34,457 bases of DNA from a virus (taxonomy: Duplodnaviria > Caudoviricetes): IMG/VR virus record IMGVR_UViG_3300017913_000091, positions 1-34,457 of that record; one strand, given 5' to 3'. Both the position numbers and the translations under genes were made by a program. The notes below the pieces were generated by a model. The model was given only the letters and a program-made list of their open reading frames with translations. It made no database searches and was not told the DNA's origin. Positions within the stretch are counted from its first letter, which is position 1. The number at the start of each line of letters is the position of its first letter. This document shows positions 9,949-18,441 of this stretch, one piece after another.

Positions 9949-10371
9949 ATGTCAACCGATACTAACCTACGCACAATTACAAAGACTATTTCTTATCGGT
10001 TCTTTGTTATGTTGAGCCTTGCCCTAACAGGTGTTCTGTTTGCTAAACCCCCAGAGTGGATTATTAAGTTTGTGATCCTAAGTTGGACAATCGGTTTGGT
10101 AAGTTTCTTGATCCACGAGAAAGTCTGGAACATGTCAAACTTGTGGCGAGAGGGTTTAAACGACCTTAAACGGCGTAGTATCGCAAAGACAGTCACATGG
10201 CGACTCTGGAGCCTCTTTGTCGTGTTTATGATCTCTAAGTTTATTCTTGGCGGTTCATCTTCTGAGGCGGCAGCATACACTATCGTAAGCAACATTTTCT
10301 TTGTTGTAGTACATTATGCACACGAGCGTGGTTGGAATAAGATTACGTGGGGAAAGTATGCGGCTAACTAA
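9949..10371 (+). CDS. Tandem DUF2061 membrane protein
   Basis: Two repeats: KTISYR...HEKVWN and KTVTWR...HERGWNKITWG. Confidence 0.85.
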   Translation: MSTDTNLRTITKTISYRFFVMLSLALTGVLFAKPPEWIIKFVILSWTIGLVSFLIHEKVWNMSNLWREGLNDLKRRSIAKTVTWRLWSLFVVFMISKFILGGSSSEAAAYTIVSNIFFVVVHYAHERGWNKITWGKYAAN

Positions 10372-10687
10372 GGATGATGCTGTAGAACTTATGAGGGAAG
10401 TCGGCAAGGTTTTTGACCGTGACTTCTCTTTAGGTTCTGGGGTTGATCCTGATGATTGGGACAGAGAGATACTACACGGTGTTATAATCTACAACGTCCT
10501 AATCTTAAAAGGCGAGTACGAAACATTAGACCTTGCCTATGAGAAAGCCTTACAGCACATAAGAGATCAGGTGCAACAAAAGCCTTCCTACCCCAGAGTT
10601 AGAAAGAGAACAACACTAAGTATATACAAACTGTTCCGAAAGTTAGAAAATGAACTCGAACAGGGTAATTCTACCAAAGAACTTTGA
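10358..10687 (+). CDS. Hypothetical protein
   Basis: 109 aa from the ATG at 10358, overlapping the previous stop; no recognisable motif. Confidence 0.55.
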   Translation: MRLTKDDAVELMREVGKVFDRDFSLGSGVDPDDWDREILHGVIIYNVLILKGEYETLDLAYEKALQHIRDQVQQKPSYPRVRKRTTLSIYKLFRKLENELEQGNSTKEL

Positions 10688-10744
10688 TCCATCTAAGATC
10701 ATAACGTATGGACCTTGGAAAGTTAATAGGGACTGGATTGAGCG

Positions 10745-10969
10745 ATGTATAGCGGAAGAGATTGGCCCCACCCTTGGGATGCACAAAAGCACATCAAACC
10801 AAAGTTCGACATAGCATCTAGGCTTGAACGTGCAGCAAAATTTTGTGGTGGCAGGGAAAACCCCTACTCTGAACTTTATATTTCTGCCGCCGATGAAATC
10901 TACAGGCTACGTAAGTTGTGCGACGATAACAACGTAGATTACGGAGAATTACTACCCGAATGGCACTGA
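10745..10969 (+). CDS. Hypothetical protein
   Basis: 74 aa; DIASRL...AADEIYRLR resembles a common small phage-protein motif; overlaps the next start. Confidence 0.55.
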   Translation: MYSGRDWPHPWDAQKHIKPKFDIASRLERAAKFCGGRENPYSELYISAADEIYRLRKLCDDNNVDYGELLPEWH

Positions 10970-12777
10970 TATATCAGGTATCCCTAAACGGTGACGCTTA
11001 CGATGCACGTAACAAGACATGGGATCAGATATATTCTGAGACTAACTGTAAGCCCCGTACAGGCTGGAAAGACCCTTTACTTGACCGTACCCTGCTAAAA
11101 GGTGAGTTTGGGTGTTCTGTGAGCCATATGAGAGTTTGGCAGAAGATTGCAGACAGTGGGCTGAATGGTATTATCCTAGAGGAAGATGCAGTATTCTCTG
11201 AGATTAACCCCCATCATGTTGATCATAAGTTAGAGGATTACGACAGTGTATGGCTTGGGTATAGATGGAATAGTCTTGGTTACTGGTATAATTGTCATGC
11301 TTATGCTATTAGCCCTGATACTGCAAATCTTCTTTTAGAGGGTTTCAGCCAAGACATTATCCCTGTTGACGAGTGGATACCTGAGAAACTAAAAGACAAG
11401 CGTAACTACTTCTATCCGAAAGAGGTTGTTAAGCAAATTCCCCGTGAAACCCGACCTAGCACGATTGAGGAAACAGACATGCTACCCGAAAAAGAAACTA
11501 ATATGCACATTGTGACTGTCGCCACAGACCCTAGTAAGGCTTGGGCTTTGTATCAGTCGGCAAATCACTATGGTGTAGAAGTGCACAACCTTGGCAAGAA
11601 CTCTGATTGGTATGACCCAATGGAAGGTCATGCAGGTATGCCAAAGATTGACATGATGGTTGAGTTCTTGAAGGACTTACCCGCAGACGACATTGTGTTG
11701 TTCTTGGATGGGTACGACACCTTCTTTGTTAATTCACCTTTAGAAATACTAGAGCGTTTCAAAGGTTTTGGAGTAGACGTTCTATTTGGTGCAGAGGATA
11801 ACTTCTGGCCCCCAGAGGACTTCCTACAGAAACAGTTTGATAAACAGCACCCTGACGAATACTACAAGTACCTCAACAGTGGTTGCTACATTGGTCGTGC
11901 TGACGCATTATACCACTTATTTACAGAGGAAGTTGTAGGTGACGGTGAGGATGATCAACGGTATTGTCAAGTACGCTACCTAGCACGTACCCCACCACCA
12001 GAGGACGCACCTATCCAGTGGAAGTGGGACCGTATAAACTTTCCTTACAAGATTGCCTTGGATCACGAGGCTTACATCTTTCAGAACCACGACCATTCTG
12101 TAACGGTTCAAGATCGTCAGATGTACGGTGCCATTTGTTGCCCTTGTGTTTACCACGGTAACGGTGGTGAGTTAGCTAAAGACAAGTTCTTGTATCTGGC
12201 TAATATGTTTGGCTATAAAGAACCACAACCTGTCGCTTACCTTATGACACTAGACTACGAAGAGGTTGCACCAGAAATCCTAGTGACACCCTTCCTTACA
12301 GAACGTCAGTGTGAATGGTTGATTGACAAGTCTGAACGTGTCGGTGGTTGGGGCGAACTAGATGGTGATAAGTTCCCTGCCCAAGAGATACGACTAAAGA
12401 AACTGGGTTTCTGGGAAGAGTATGAAAACCTCTGGAAAGAGAAACTTGCTAAGATCGCTATGGATCATTGGAAGCCTTATGCTCACATTGGTCTGCGTGA
12501 TGCCTTTACGATGCGTTACTCTCCGTCAACTCAAAAGGAATTAGGTTGGCACACAGACGCATCCTTAGTGACTGGCTCTGTTAAGCTGAATGACAACTAC
12601 GAGGGTGCAACTCTAATATTTCCACGGCAAGATTTTACCAACATTGATGTACCTGTTGGTCACTGCATTCTATTCCCATCGGATGTGACACATGGACATT
12701 ATGTCAATGAATTACAGGGTGGCACAAAGTACAGCCTAACAATGTGGACCTCACGATACGAGGGTGATGTAAACTAG
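10960..12777 (+). CDS. Three-domain collagen-modifying-type enzyme: GT25 (COLGALT-like) + PLOD/LH3-like glycosyltransferase + 2OG-Fe(II) lysyl-hydroxylase-like domain
   Basis: GWKDP..RTLLKGEFGCSVSH, LEED, HAYAIS, PVDEWIP; IVTVAT, FLDGYD, LFGAE..WP, YLNSG, EDDQ, LDHEAYIFQN, HGNG; RYSP..Q..L.WHTDAS, YEG, THGH, GTKY. Confidence 0.92.
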   Translation: MALIYQVSLNGDAYDARNKTWDQIYSETNCKPRTGWKDPLLDRTLLKGEFGCSVSHMRVWQKIADSGLNGIILEEDAVFSEINPHHVDHKLEDYDSVWLGYRWNSLGYWYNCHAYAISPDTANLLLEGFSQDIIPVDEWIPEKLKDKRNYFYPKEVVKQIPRETRPSTIEETDMLPEKETNMHIVTVATDPSKAWALYQSANHYGVEVHNLGKNSDWYDPMEGHAGMPKIDMMVEFLKDLPADDIVLFLDGYDTFFVNSPLEILERFKGFGVDVLFGAEDNFWPPEDFLQKQFDKQHPDEYYKYLNSGCYIGRADALYHLFTEEVVGDGEDDQRYCQVRYLARTPPPEDAPIQWKWDRINFPYKIALDHEAYIFQNHDHSVTVQDRQMYGAICCPCVYHGNGGELAKDKFLYLANMFGYKEPQPVAYLMTLDYEEVAPEILVTPFLTERQCEWLIDKSERVGGWGELDGDKFPAQEIRLKKLGFWEEYENLWKEKLAKIAMDHWKPYAHIGLRDAFTMRYSPSTQKELGWHTDASLVTGSVKLNDNYEGATLIFPRQDFTNIDVPVGHCILFPSDVTHGHYVNELQGGTKYSLTMWTSRYEGDVN

Positions 12778-12786
12778 GAGTAACAA

Positions 12787-14070
12787 ATGTTTGGTACTAG
12801 CCCCTTTTCGTCGGCCCCTTTTGCTGATGAAGGACCTAAAATATACGATCTCACGGCTAGTGCCACCTCTACTGGTACGCCCGTTTTAAACTCGGTTTCA
12901 ATGTCAGAGGAAGAAACACTTAGCACCTCTGGTGAACTAAGGACTGATAACCCTCTTGTTGACATGCCCGCCTTTAACCAAGGTCAGACATTAGCATCTG
13001 AAGAGTTAGCAACAAACAGCCCTACGGTTTCCGAGACTACATTGCAAGAGGATGAAACCTTTAGTGCCGATAATATAACACTGGGTGTTGTAAGTTTAGA
13101 CACTCTTGATATTATAGTTGATCACATACTGTCTACATCAACTGACCTTGAATCTGGTAGTGTTGAAGTTAGTGTAGCTACTTTTAATCAGGATCAGGTA
13201 CTTGAAACTAGCGTGTTAAGCACAGGTAGTGCTGATGTAACTAACACTACAATGCAAGAGGAAGAAACTCTTTATGCTACTCTAATTGAGACTCTATCAC
13301 CCTCCGTTGGTGTTGCAGGTTTCATAGAGAATAGTGTATTGTCTGCCGACAACATAAACACTGGCTCAACTATTGTAAACTCTACTACAATGGTTGAGGA
13401 TGAAACGTTCACAACCCCTGACATGTCAACGGGCAGTGTTTCTCTGGCTACGACGAGTATCAATCAAGATCAAACATTCGAGTTTCCTGATTTAGACACG
13501 GGGCCATCTATAGTGTCGGATATAGCAATGTCCGAAGAAGAAACTTTGACAGCACGTGAACCTGTTATAAACGATCCAGAGACCCCATCTGTTGACTTTA
13601 ATCAGGGTCAAACTTTAGAGTCTGTTACGCTTGTAATCTCTGATGTGTATTTCTCCCCCACTATGATAAAAGAGGACGAGAAACTTTATACAGACGAGTT
13701 GTCAACTGGTTCGGTATCTTTACTCGTAGGCGTACTTAGACAAGAACACTTACTAGGTGAAGCAGCTAATATAAACACGGGCATTAGGCAGATTGATGCG
13801 GGGTTCTTTACACAGAATCACTCACTAGATAACGACGAACTACTATCTAACTCACATATACTTGATCTTGTAGAGATTGAGGCTGACCACAAGTTCTCTC
13901 CACCTAACGTAGACCTTGTTGGACACAATGTTGAGGAAGCCTACTTTAACCCTGCTTTTGCTAGGGAAGTGAACGCAGATAATAAGATAATCGGAAACAG
14001 GGCAGTCTTTAAGGGTGGTAACAACACTAAGTTTGGTCGAACCGCAGGTAATAGAGTTAAGGTAGGATAA
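12787..14070 (+). CDS. Acidic 23-24-aa repeat virion protein
   Basis: N-terminus MFGTSPFSSAPFA; about 15 degenerate repeats with (M/L)xE(E/D)ETL/F or (F/I)NQ(G/D)QTL cores. Confidence 0.75.
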   Translation: MFGTSPFSSAPFADEGPKIYDLTASATSTGTPVLNSVSMSEEETLSTSGELRTDNPLVDMPAFNQGQTLASEELATNSPTVSETTLQEDETFSADNITLGVVSLDTLDIIVDHILSTSTDLESGSVEVSVATFNQDQVLETSVLSTGSADVTNTTMQEEETLYATLIETLSPSVGVAGFIENSVLSADNINTGSTIVNSTTMVEDETFTTPDMSTGSVSLATTSINQDQTFEFPDLDTGPSIVSDIAMSEEETLTAREPVINDPETPSVDFNQGQTLESVTLVISDVYFSPTMIKEDEKLYTDELSTGSVSLLVGVLRQEHLLGEAANINTGIRQIDAGFFTQNHSLDNDELLSNSHILDLVEIEADHKFSPPNVDLVGHNVEEAYFNPAFAREVNADNKIIGNRAVFKGGNNTKFGRTAGNRVKVG

Positions 14071-14393
14071 TGGCTTTTAAGATTAAAACAAATGACACCA
14101 GCCCAAAGCTGACAGTAGACTTAGAAAATGCTGCTGGCAACGCTGTTGACCTTAGTGGGGCTTCCGCAAGGTTTCATATGAAAAAGTATGGTGCCTCCAG
14201 CCTAAAGGTTGACGCAGAGGCAGACATTACTGATGAAGATGGTGGACGAGTAGAGTATTCATGGTCACTTCTTGATACAGACGAGGCGGGAACTTACTAC
14301 GGCGAACTAGAAATCACATATGGTGATAGTACAGTAGAGACATTCCCTAACAGCGGTTATTTCACGATTATTATTCAAGAGGACCTAGACTAA
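14070..14393 (+). CDS. BppU-N-like virion adaptor protein
   Basis: 107 aa; NDTSP, VDLSGA, GRVEYSW...DT..AGTYYGE, ETFPN. Confidence 0.75.
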   Translation: MAFKIKTNDTSPKLTVDLENAAGNAVDLSGASARFHMKKYGASSLKVDAEADITDEDGGRVEYSWSLLDTDEAGTYYGELEITYGDSTVETFPNSGYFTIIIQEDLD

Positions 14394-15340
14394 TGGCAAA
14401 AGGTTTAGCAGCAAAGGTTAAAGAACACAATGCGAAGTCTAAGCACAAGGTTACAACAAGTATGCTCCAAACTGTCTACAATCGGGGCGTGGGTGCTTAT
14501 AGAACGAACCCTAGTTCTGTACGCCCTAACGTTAGTTCCCCTGAACAGTGGGCTATGGCACGTGTTAATAGCTTCTTACGCATTGTTAGTGGTAGTAAGT
14601 CTGCTAACCACGATAAAGACCTGCTTCCATCTGGTCACCCTAGCAGCACTAAGAAACGTGAGTATATCAACGACGATGCATATGTTGTAGACAAGGCTGA
14701 TAAACCTCTAAACAAACCGTTTCGTCTACCCAAGGGTTCTAGCAAGAAGTTTGGTGTGTACGTAAAATCTGGTGACAAAACAGTTAAGGTTACATTCGGT
14801 GACCCTAACATGGAAATTCGTCGTGATGATCCAAAGGCACGTGCTAACTTTCGTAGCCGACACTCTTGCGATACAGCGACAGATAAAACTAGCGCACGTT
14901 ACTGGTCGTGCCGTATGTGGAGTGGTAGTACCGTGGGAAGTATGACAAAAGATATTACAGGTCAAATCTTAAAGGCCGATGAAGAACAACGCATGGTCTA
15001 TGGTTGGGCCTCTGTAGTAACCGAAAAGGGTGAACCAGTAGTTGACCGCCAAGGCGATGTAATTGAACCTGACACACTTGTTAAAGCCGTAAACAAGTTT
15101 ATGGAACATGTACGTGTCGGTAAAGAGATGCACCAAGGGGAGCAAATTGGACGTGTGATCCACTCCATGCCAATCACCAAAGAGATCGGTGAATCCTTGG
15201 GCATACAGAGTGACCGTGAGGGCTGGGTTGTAGCGTTTAAAGTCTATGACGATGAAGTCTGGAACAAGGTCAAATCTGGCGAACTAGCTGCCTTTAGCAT
15301 TGGCGGCAAAGCAATCAAGGAAGATTACGACGATGCCTAA
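14393..15340 (+). CDS. XkdF-like prohead serine protease with two basic N-terminal accessory domains
   Basis: C-terminal KADEEQRMVYGWASV, DRQGDVI, EMH, VKSGELAAFSIGG. Confidence 0.85.
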   Translation: MAKGLAAKVKEHNAKSKHKVTTSMLQTVYNRGVGAYRTNPSSVRPNVSSPEQWAMARVNSFLRIVSGSKSANHDKDLLPSGHPSSTKKREYINDDAYVVDKADKPLNKPFRLPKGSSKKFGVYVKSGDKTVKVTFGDPNMEIRRDDPKARANFRSRHSCDTATDKTSARYWSCRMWSGSTVGSMTKDITGQILKADEEQRMVYGWASVVTEKGEPVVDRQGDVIEPDTLVKAVNKFMEHVRVGKEMHQGEQIGRVIHSMPITKEIGESLGIQSDREGWVVAFKVYDDEVWNKVKSGELAAFSIGGKAIKEDYDDA

Positions 15341-16154
15341 TCTACTTAAACAACTTGAACTTGAAGAGTTATCCCTTGTGGATCGCCCTGCCAATGCACA
15401 AGCAATGGTATCCTTGTTCAAACGTGACAATTCCAATGAGGAACAAATGACAGAAACACTAGAAAAAATGGGTTACGACGAAGAAAAGTTGAAAGCCTAC
15501 ATGGAGAAAAACTCTTGCTCCCGTGAAGAAGCTATGAAAGCACTAAACATGGACGAGAAAGAAGTTGAGAAATCAGAAGAAATTGACCCTATGGTTGCAG
15601 AAGTTGACGAAGCTGACGTTGCTCAAGCTGAGATCGACACCCTGAAAGCAGAGAACGAGCGTCTACGCAAGTCTTTGATTGAAGCAGGTTTTGTAATCAA
15701 AGCAGAGTCAATCGAAAAGAAAGCTGAACCAGAGTACCTAGAGTACAACGGTGAGCAAGTAAACAAAGCTGACATCCCAGCAGTAATCTTGAAAGCCCTA
15801 GAGGAAGCAGAGGTTGCTAAAGCAGACGCAGAGTTGACTAAATCAGCAACAGAAGCACTACCTCACTTTGACGTAGATGTTGCTAAGTCTCTTGTCGCTA
15901 AACATGCTGACGACGAAGCTGTAATGAATGTCCTGAAAGCTGCTGACTCTGTGTTCGCAGGTAAGATGGAAGAAGTTGGTAAGTCAGACGCAGACGGTGA
16001 GTTCGCTTCTGCTGCTGATGCACTAGATGCAATGGTTAAGTCTTACATGGACGAGAACCAAATGAAGAAATCAGAGTACGCCAAAGCATATGCTGCTGTA
16101 GCTAAAACAGACGATGGTAAGGCTCTAATCAATAAATCCTATAAGGGGGAATAA
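15333..16154 (+). CDS. Capsid scaffold protein with an N-terminal protease-like ELSLVDRPAN motif
   Basis: Acidic, helical, lies between protease and capsid genes; ATG at 15333 preceded by AAGGA. Confidence 0.75.
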   Translation: MPNLLKQLELEELSLVDRPANAQAMVSLFKRDNSNEEQMTETLEKMGYDEEKLKAYMEKNSCSREEAMKALNMDEKEVEKSEEIDPMVAEVDEADVAQAEIDTLKAENERLRKSLIEAGFVIKAESIEKKAEPEYLEYNGEQVNKADIPAVILKALEEAEVAKADAELTKSATEALPHFDVDVAKSLVAKHADDEAVMNVLKAADSVFAGKMEEVGKSDADGEFASAADALDAMVKSYMDENQMKKSEYAKAYAAVAKTDDGKALINKSYKGE

Positions 16155-16156
16155 AG

Positions 16157-16531
16157 ATGGCTGTAATGCAAAGCCGTGATACACGCACATTCGTAGCTGG
16201 TGAGGACCTATCGTCAGCACAATTCAAATTCGTTACACTAGAGTCAGACGGTCAAGTTGACCTAGCTGATGCTGCTGGTGAACGTGCTATCGGTGTTCTA
16301 TTGAACAAACCAACATCAGGTGCCGCTGCTACTGTCGCAATGACAGGTAAAGTAATGGTTGAAGCTGGTGCAGCAGTAACCGCTGGCGATCAAATTCAGA
16401 CTAACGCTGCTGGCGAAGCTATCGAAGCTGCCACTGGTGACGTTGTAATGGGCTACGCACTAGAAGATGCTGTAGACGGTCAAATCTTCGCTATGGAATT
16501 GATCCAAGGCGGCAACGTAGTACCTGCGTAA
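16157..16531 (+). CDS. Capsid cement / decoration protein (DUF2190-like)
   Basis: 124 aa Ala/Gly-rich, directly before the capsid gene; VEAGAAVTAGD, GYALEDA. Confidence 0.8.
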   Translation: MAVMQSRDTRTFVAGEDLSSAQFKFVTLESDGQVDLADAAGERAIGVLLNKPTSGAAATVAMTGKVMVEAGAAVTAGDQIQTNAAGEAIEAATGDVVMGYALEDAVDGQIFAMELIQGGNVVPA

Positions 16532-16558
16532 GCTAATATAGAAAAGGAATAAAATAAC

Positions 16559-17539
16559 ATGCCTATGTTGACACCATCGGCGGTCCACCTAGACCAGCCG
16601 CTTACAAACTTGACCATTGCTTATGTTCAAGACCAAGCAAACTTCATTGCTGACAAAGTATTCCCAGTTGTGGGCGTAGACCGTCAGTCAGACAAATACT
16701 ACGAGTATGACCGTGCGAACATGAACCGCACAGGCGATGTTGCTAAACTAGCACCACGTACAGAAGTCAACCGTATTGGTCAAACAGTATCAAACAGTTC
16801 ATACTATGCAGACGTTTACGGTCTAGGTATGGACTTCGATGAGCAAACACTTGCAAACGAAGATGCTGCTTTGGACATTCGTGCATCAGGTGCGCAAACT
16901 CTTGTCAACCGCCTAATGATCCATCGTGAGGAACAGTTCGCTGATACATTCTTCAAGGCTGGCGTCTGGGGTACAGACAACACACCAACAAACTTGTGGT
17001 CAGACTACACCAACTCAACTCCAATCAAAGACGTGACTAACGCTCGTCGTACAATGCAGTTGAAATCTGGTGGCTTCAAGCCAAACACAATGGTTGTCGG
17101 TAAAGAAGTTCGTGACGTATTGATCAACCACCCAGACATCCTTGCACGTCTAAACGGTGGCGCAACTGTAAACAACACAGCGATGATCACAGACGCTAAA
17201 CTAGCGGAAATCTTTGAAGTAGAAAACTTCTACGTCATGGAAGCTGTGAAAAACACATCAGTTGAAGGTGTTGCAGAATCAAACGCATTCATCGGTGCAG
17301 ACCACGCATTGTTGGTACACGGCCCACGTAACGCTGGCCTAATGACACCAGCAGCGGGTCTAACATTCGCTTGGAACAACATTCCAGGTGCGAACAACTT
17401 GGGTATCTCAGTTGAGTCTTTCTCAGACGATGCATTGAAGCGTATGCAGGTTGCAGAACACATCCAAGTTAAAATGGCTTATGACATGAAAGTCACAGGC
17501 GCAGACTTGGGTTACTTGTTCGAGCAAGTTATCGCTTAA
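16559..17539 (+). CDS. Major capsid protein
   Basis: 326 aa; LTNLTIAY, FIADKVFPVV, WSD...TPIKDV, PNTMVVG..L.NHP; followed by a terminator. Confidence 0.92.
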   Translation: MPMLTPSAVHLDQPLTNLTIAYVQDQANFIADKVFPVVGVDRQSDKYYEYDRANMNRTGDVAKLAPRTEVNRIGQTVSNSSYYADVYGLGMDFDEQTLANEDAALDIRASGAQTLVNRLMIHREEQFADTFFKAGVWGTDNTPTNLWSDYTNSTPIKDVTNARRTMQLKSGGFKPNTMVVGKEVRDVLINHPDILARLNGGATVNNTAMITDAKLAEIFEVENFYVMEAVKNTSVEGVAESNAFIGADHALLVHGPRNAGLMTPAAGLTFAWNNIPGANNLGISVESFSDDALKRMQVAEHIQVKMAYDMKVTGADLGYLFEQVIA

Positions 17540-17547
17540 ATTACTTG

Positions 17548-17571
17548 AGGGGGGCTTCGGTCCCCCTTTTC
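17548..17571 (+). terminator. Rho-independent terminator after the capsid gene
   Basis: aggggggc-ttcg-gtccccct-ttt; C(UUCG)G tetraloop and short U-tract. Confidence 0.85.
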
Positions 17572-17591
17572 ACTAGCTAGGAATCCCGATT

Positions 17592-17978
17592 ATGAAATTT
17601 GACATGCCACTACAGATTGACCAACCACTGTTTGTAAAAGTCCCGTTTGATGGTTCTGGTCGATCTTGGAAAATACAAGAACACTTCCCTTGGAAGGAGA
17701 TGGGTGTGGACTACGAGCGAGTTAAACACTTGTACGGTATCCGCTTCCTGTATCACAACGAAGAATTAGCAGCTAACCTAAAGGTTGGTGATGGACTAGA
17801 AACACTAGACATCGACGGACTAAACGAACTTGTCAACACTATTAACGCTAAGGTTAAAGCTAAGACAAATAGTGAGTTAGAGTTCAACCGAAAGAAGTGT
17901 AAGAAGTCAAAGATACTAGACAAACAGCGTGGCCTAATTCGATCATGGCGGCGTAACTACGGTGAATTAGAGGTATAA
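17592..17978 (+). CDS. Hypothetical protein in the head-neck region
   Basis: 128 aa ORF with AGGA upstream. Confidence 0.7.
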   Translation: MKFDMPLQIDQPLFVKVPFDGSGRSWKIQEHFPWKEMGVDYERVKHLYGIRFLYHNEELAANLKVGDGLETLDIDGLNELVNTINAKVKAKTNSELEFNRKKCKKSKILDKQRGLIRSWRRNYGELEV

Positions 17979-17981
17979 TAA

Positions 17982-18431
17982 ATGGCTTGGTCCTACGATG
18001 AACGTAACTTAAATACAACGGATGCTTTGGGTCGTCTAAATGCCACACGGTTTCTGATTGGTGATACCAATGAAGATGATCAGCAGGTACAAGACGAAGA
18101 AGTTGCGTTTGCGCTGGCCCAAGCTAATAACAATACTTACTTTGCGGGTGCCTTTCTTTGTCGCACCATTGCAGCCAAATACTCACGAAACGTAGATGTT
18201 AAGATTAGTGGTGCCTTAGAGGAAACATCAAGTCAGCTACAGGCACACTACTTAGAACTTGCAGAAGCCCTAGAGTATCAAGCACAGAAAACTGGTGGGT
18301 TGCTTGGTATTAAGGCTGGCGGTATTACTGTCTCAGCTACGGACACAGCACGTGCTAATACTAACCGTGTTGCCCCTAAGTTCAACAAAGATAAGTTCCA
18401 GTTCGATAAGCAAGTCTACGACTACGATTAA
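17982..18431 (+). CDS. Head-tail adaptor
   Basis: RFLIGDT...QDEEV motif; position. Confidence 0.75.
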   Translation: MAWSYDERNLNTTDALGRLNATRFLIGDTNEDDQQVQDEEVAFALAQANNNTYFAGAFLCRTIAAKYSRNVDVKISGALEETSSQLQAHYLELAEALEYQAQKTGGLLGIKAGGITVSATDTARANTNRVAPKFNKDKFQFDKQVYDYD

Positions 18432-18441
18432 GGAGTGAGCC

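Noticed and set aside
10650-10814. 54-aa ORF MNSNRVILPKNFDPSK...
   Set aside because: Overlaps both neighbours substantially, with no clear SD or motif; cannot be supported, though not excluded
15300-15332. TTG start for the scaffold gene
   Set aside because: The ATG at 15333 has an SD and a typical short overlap
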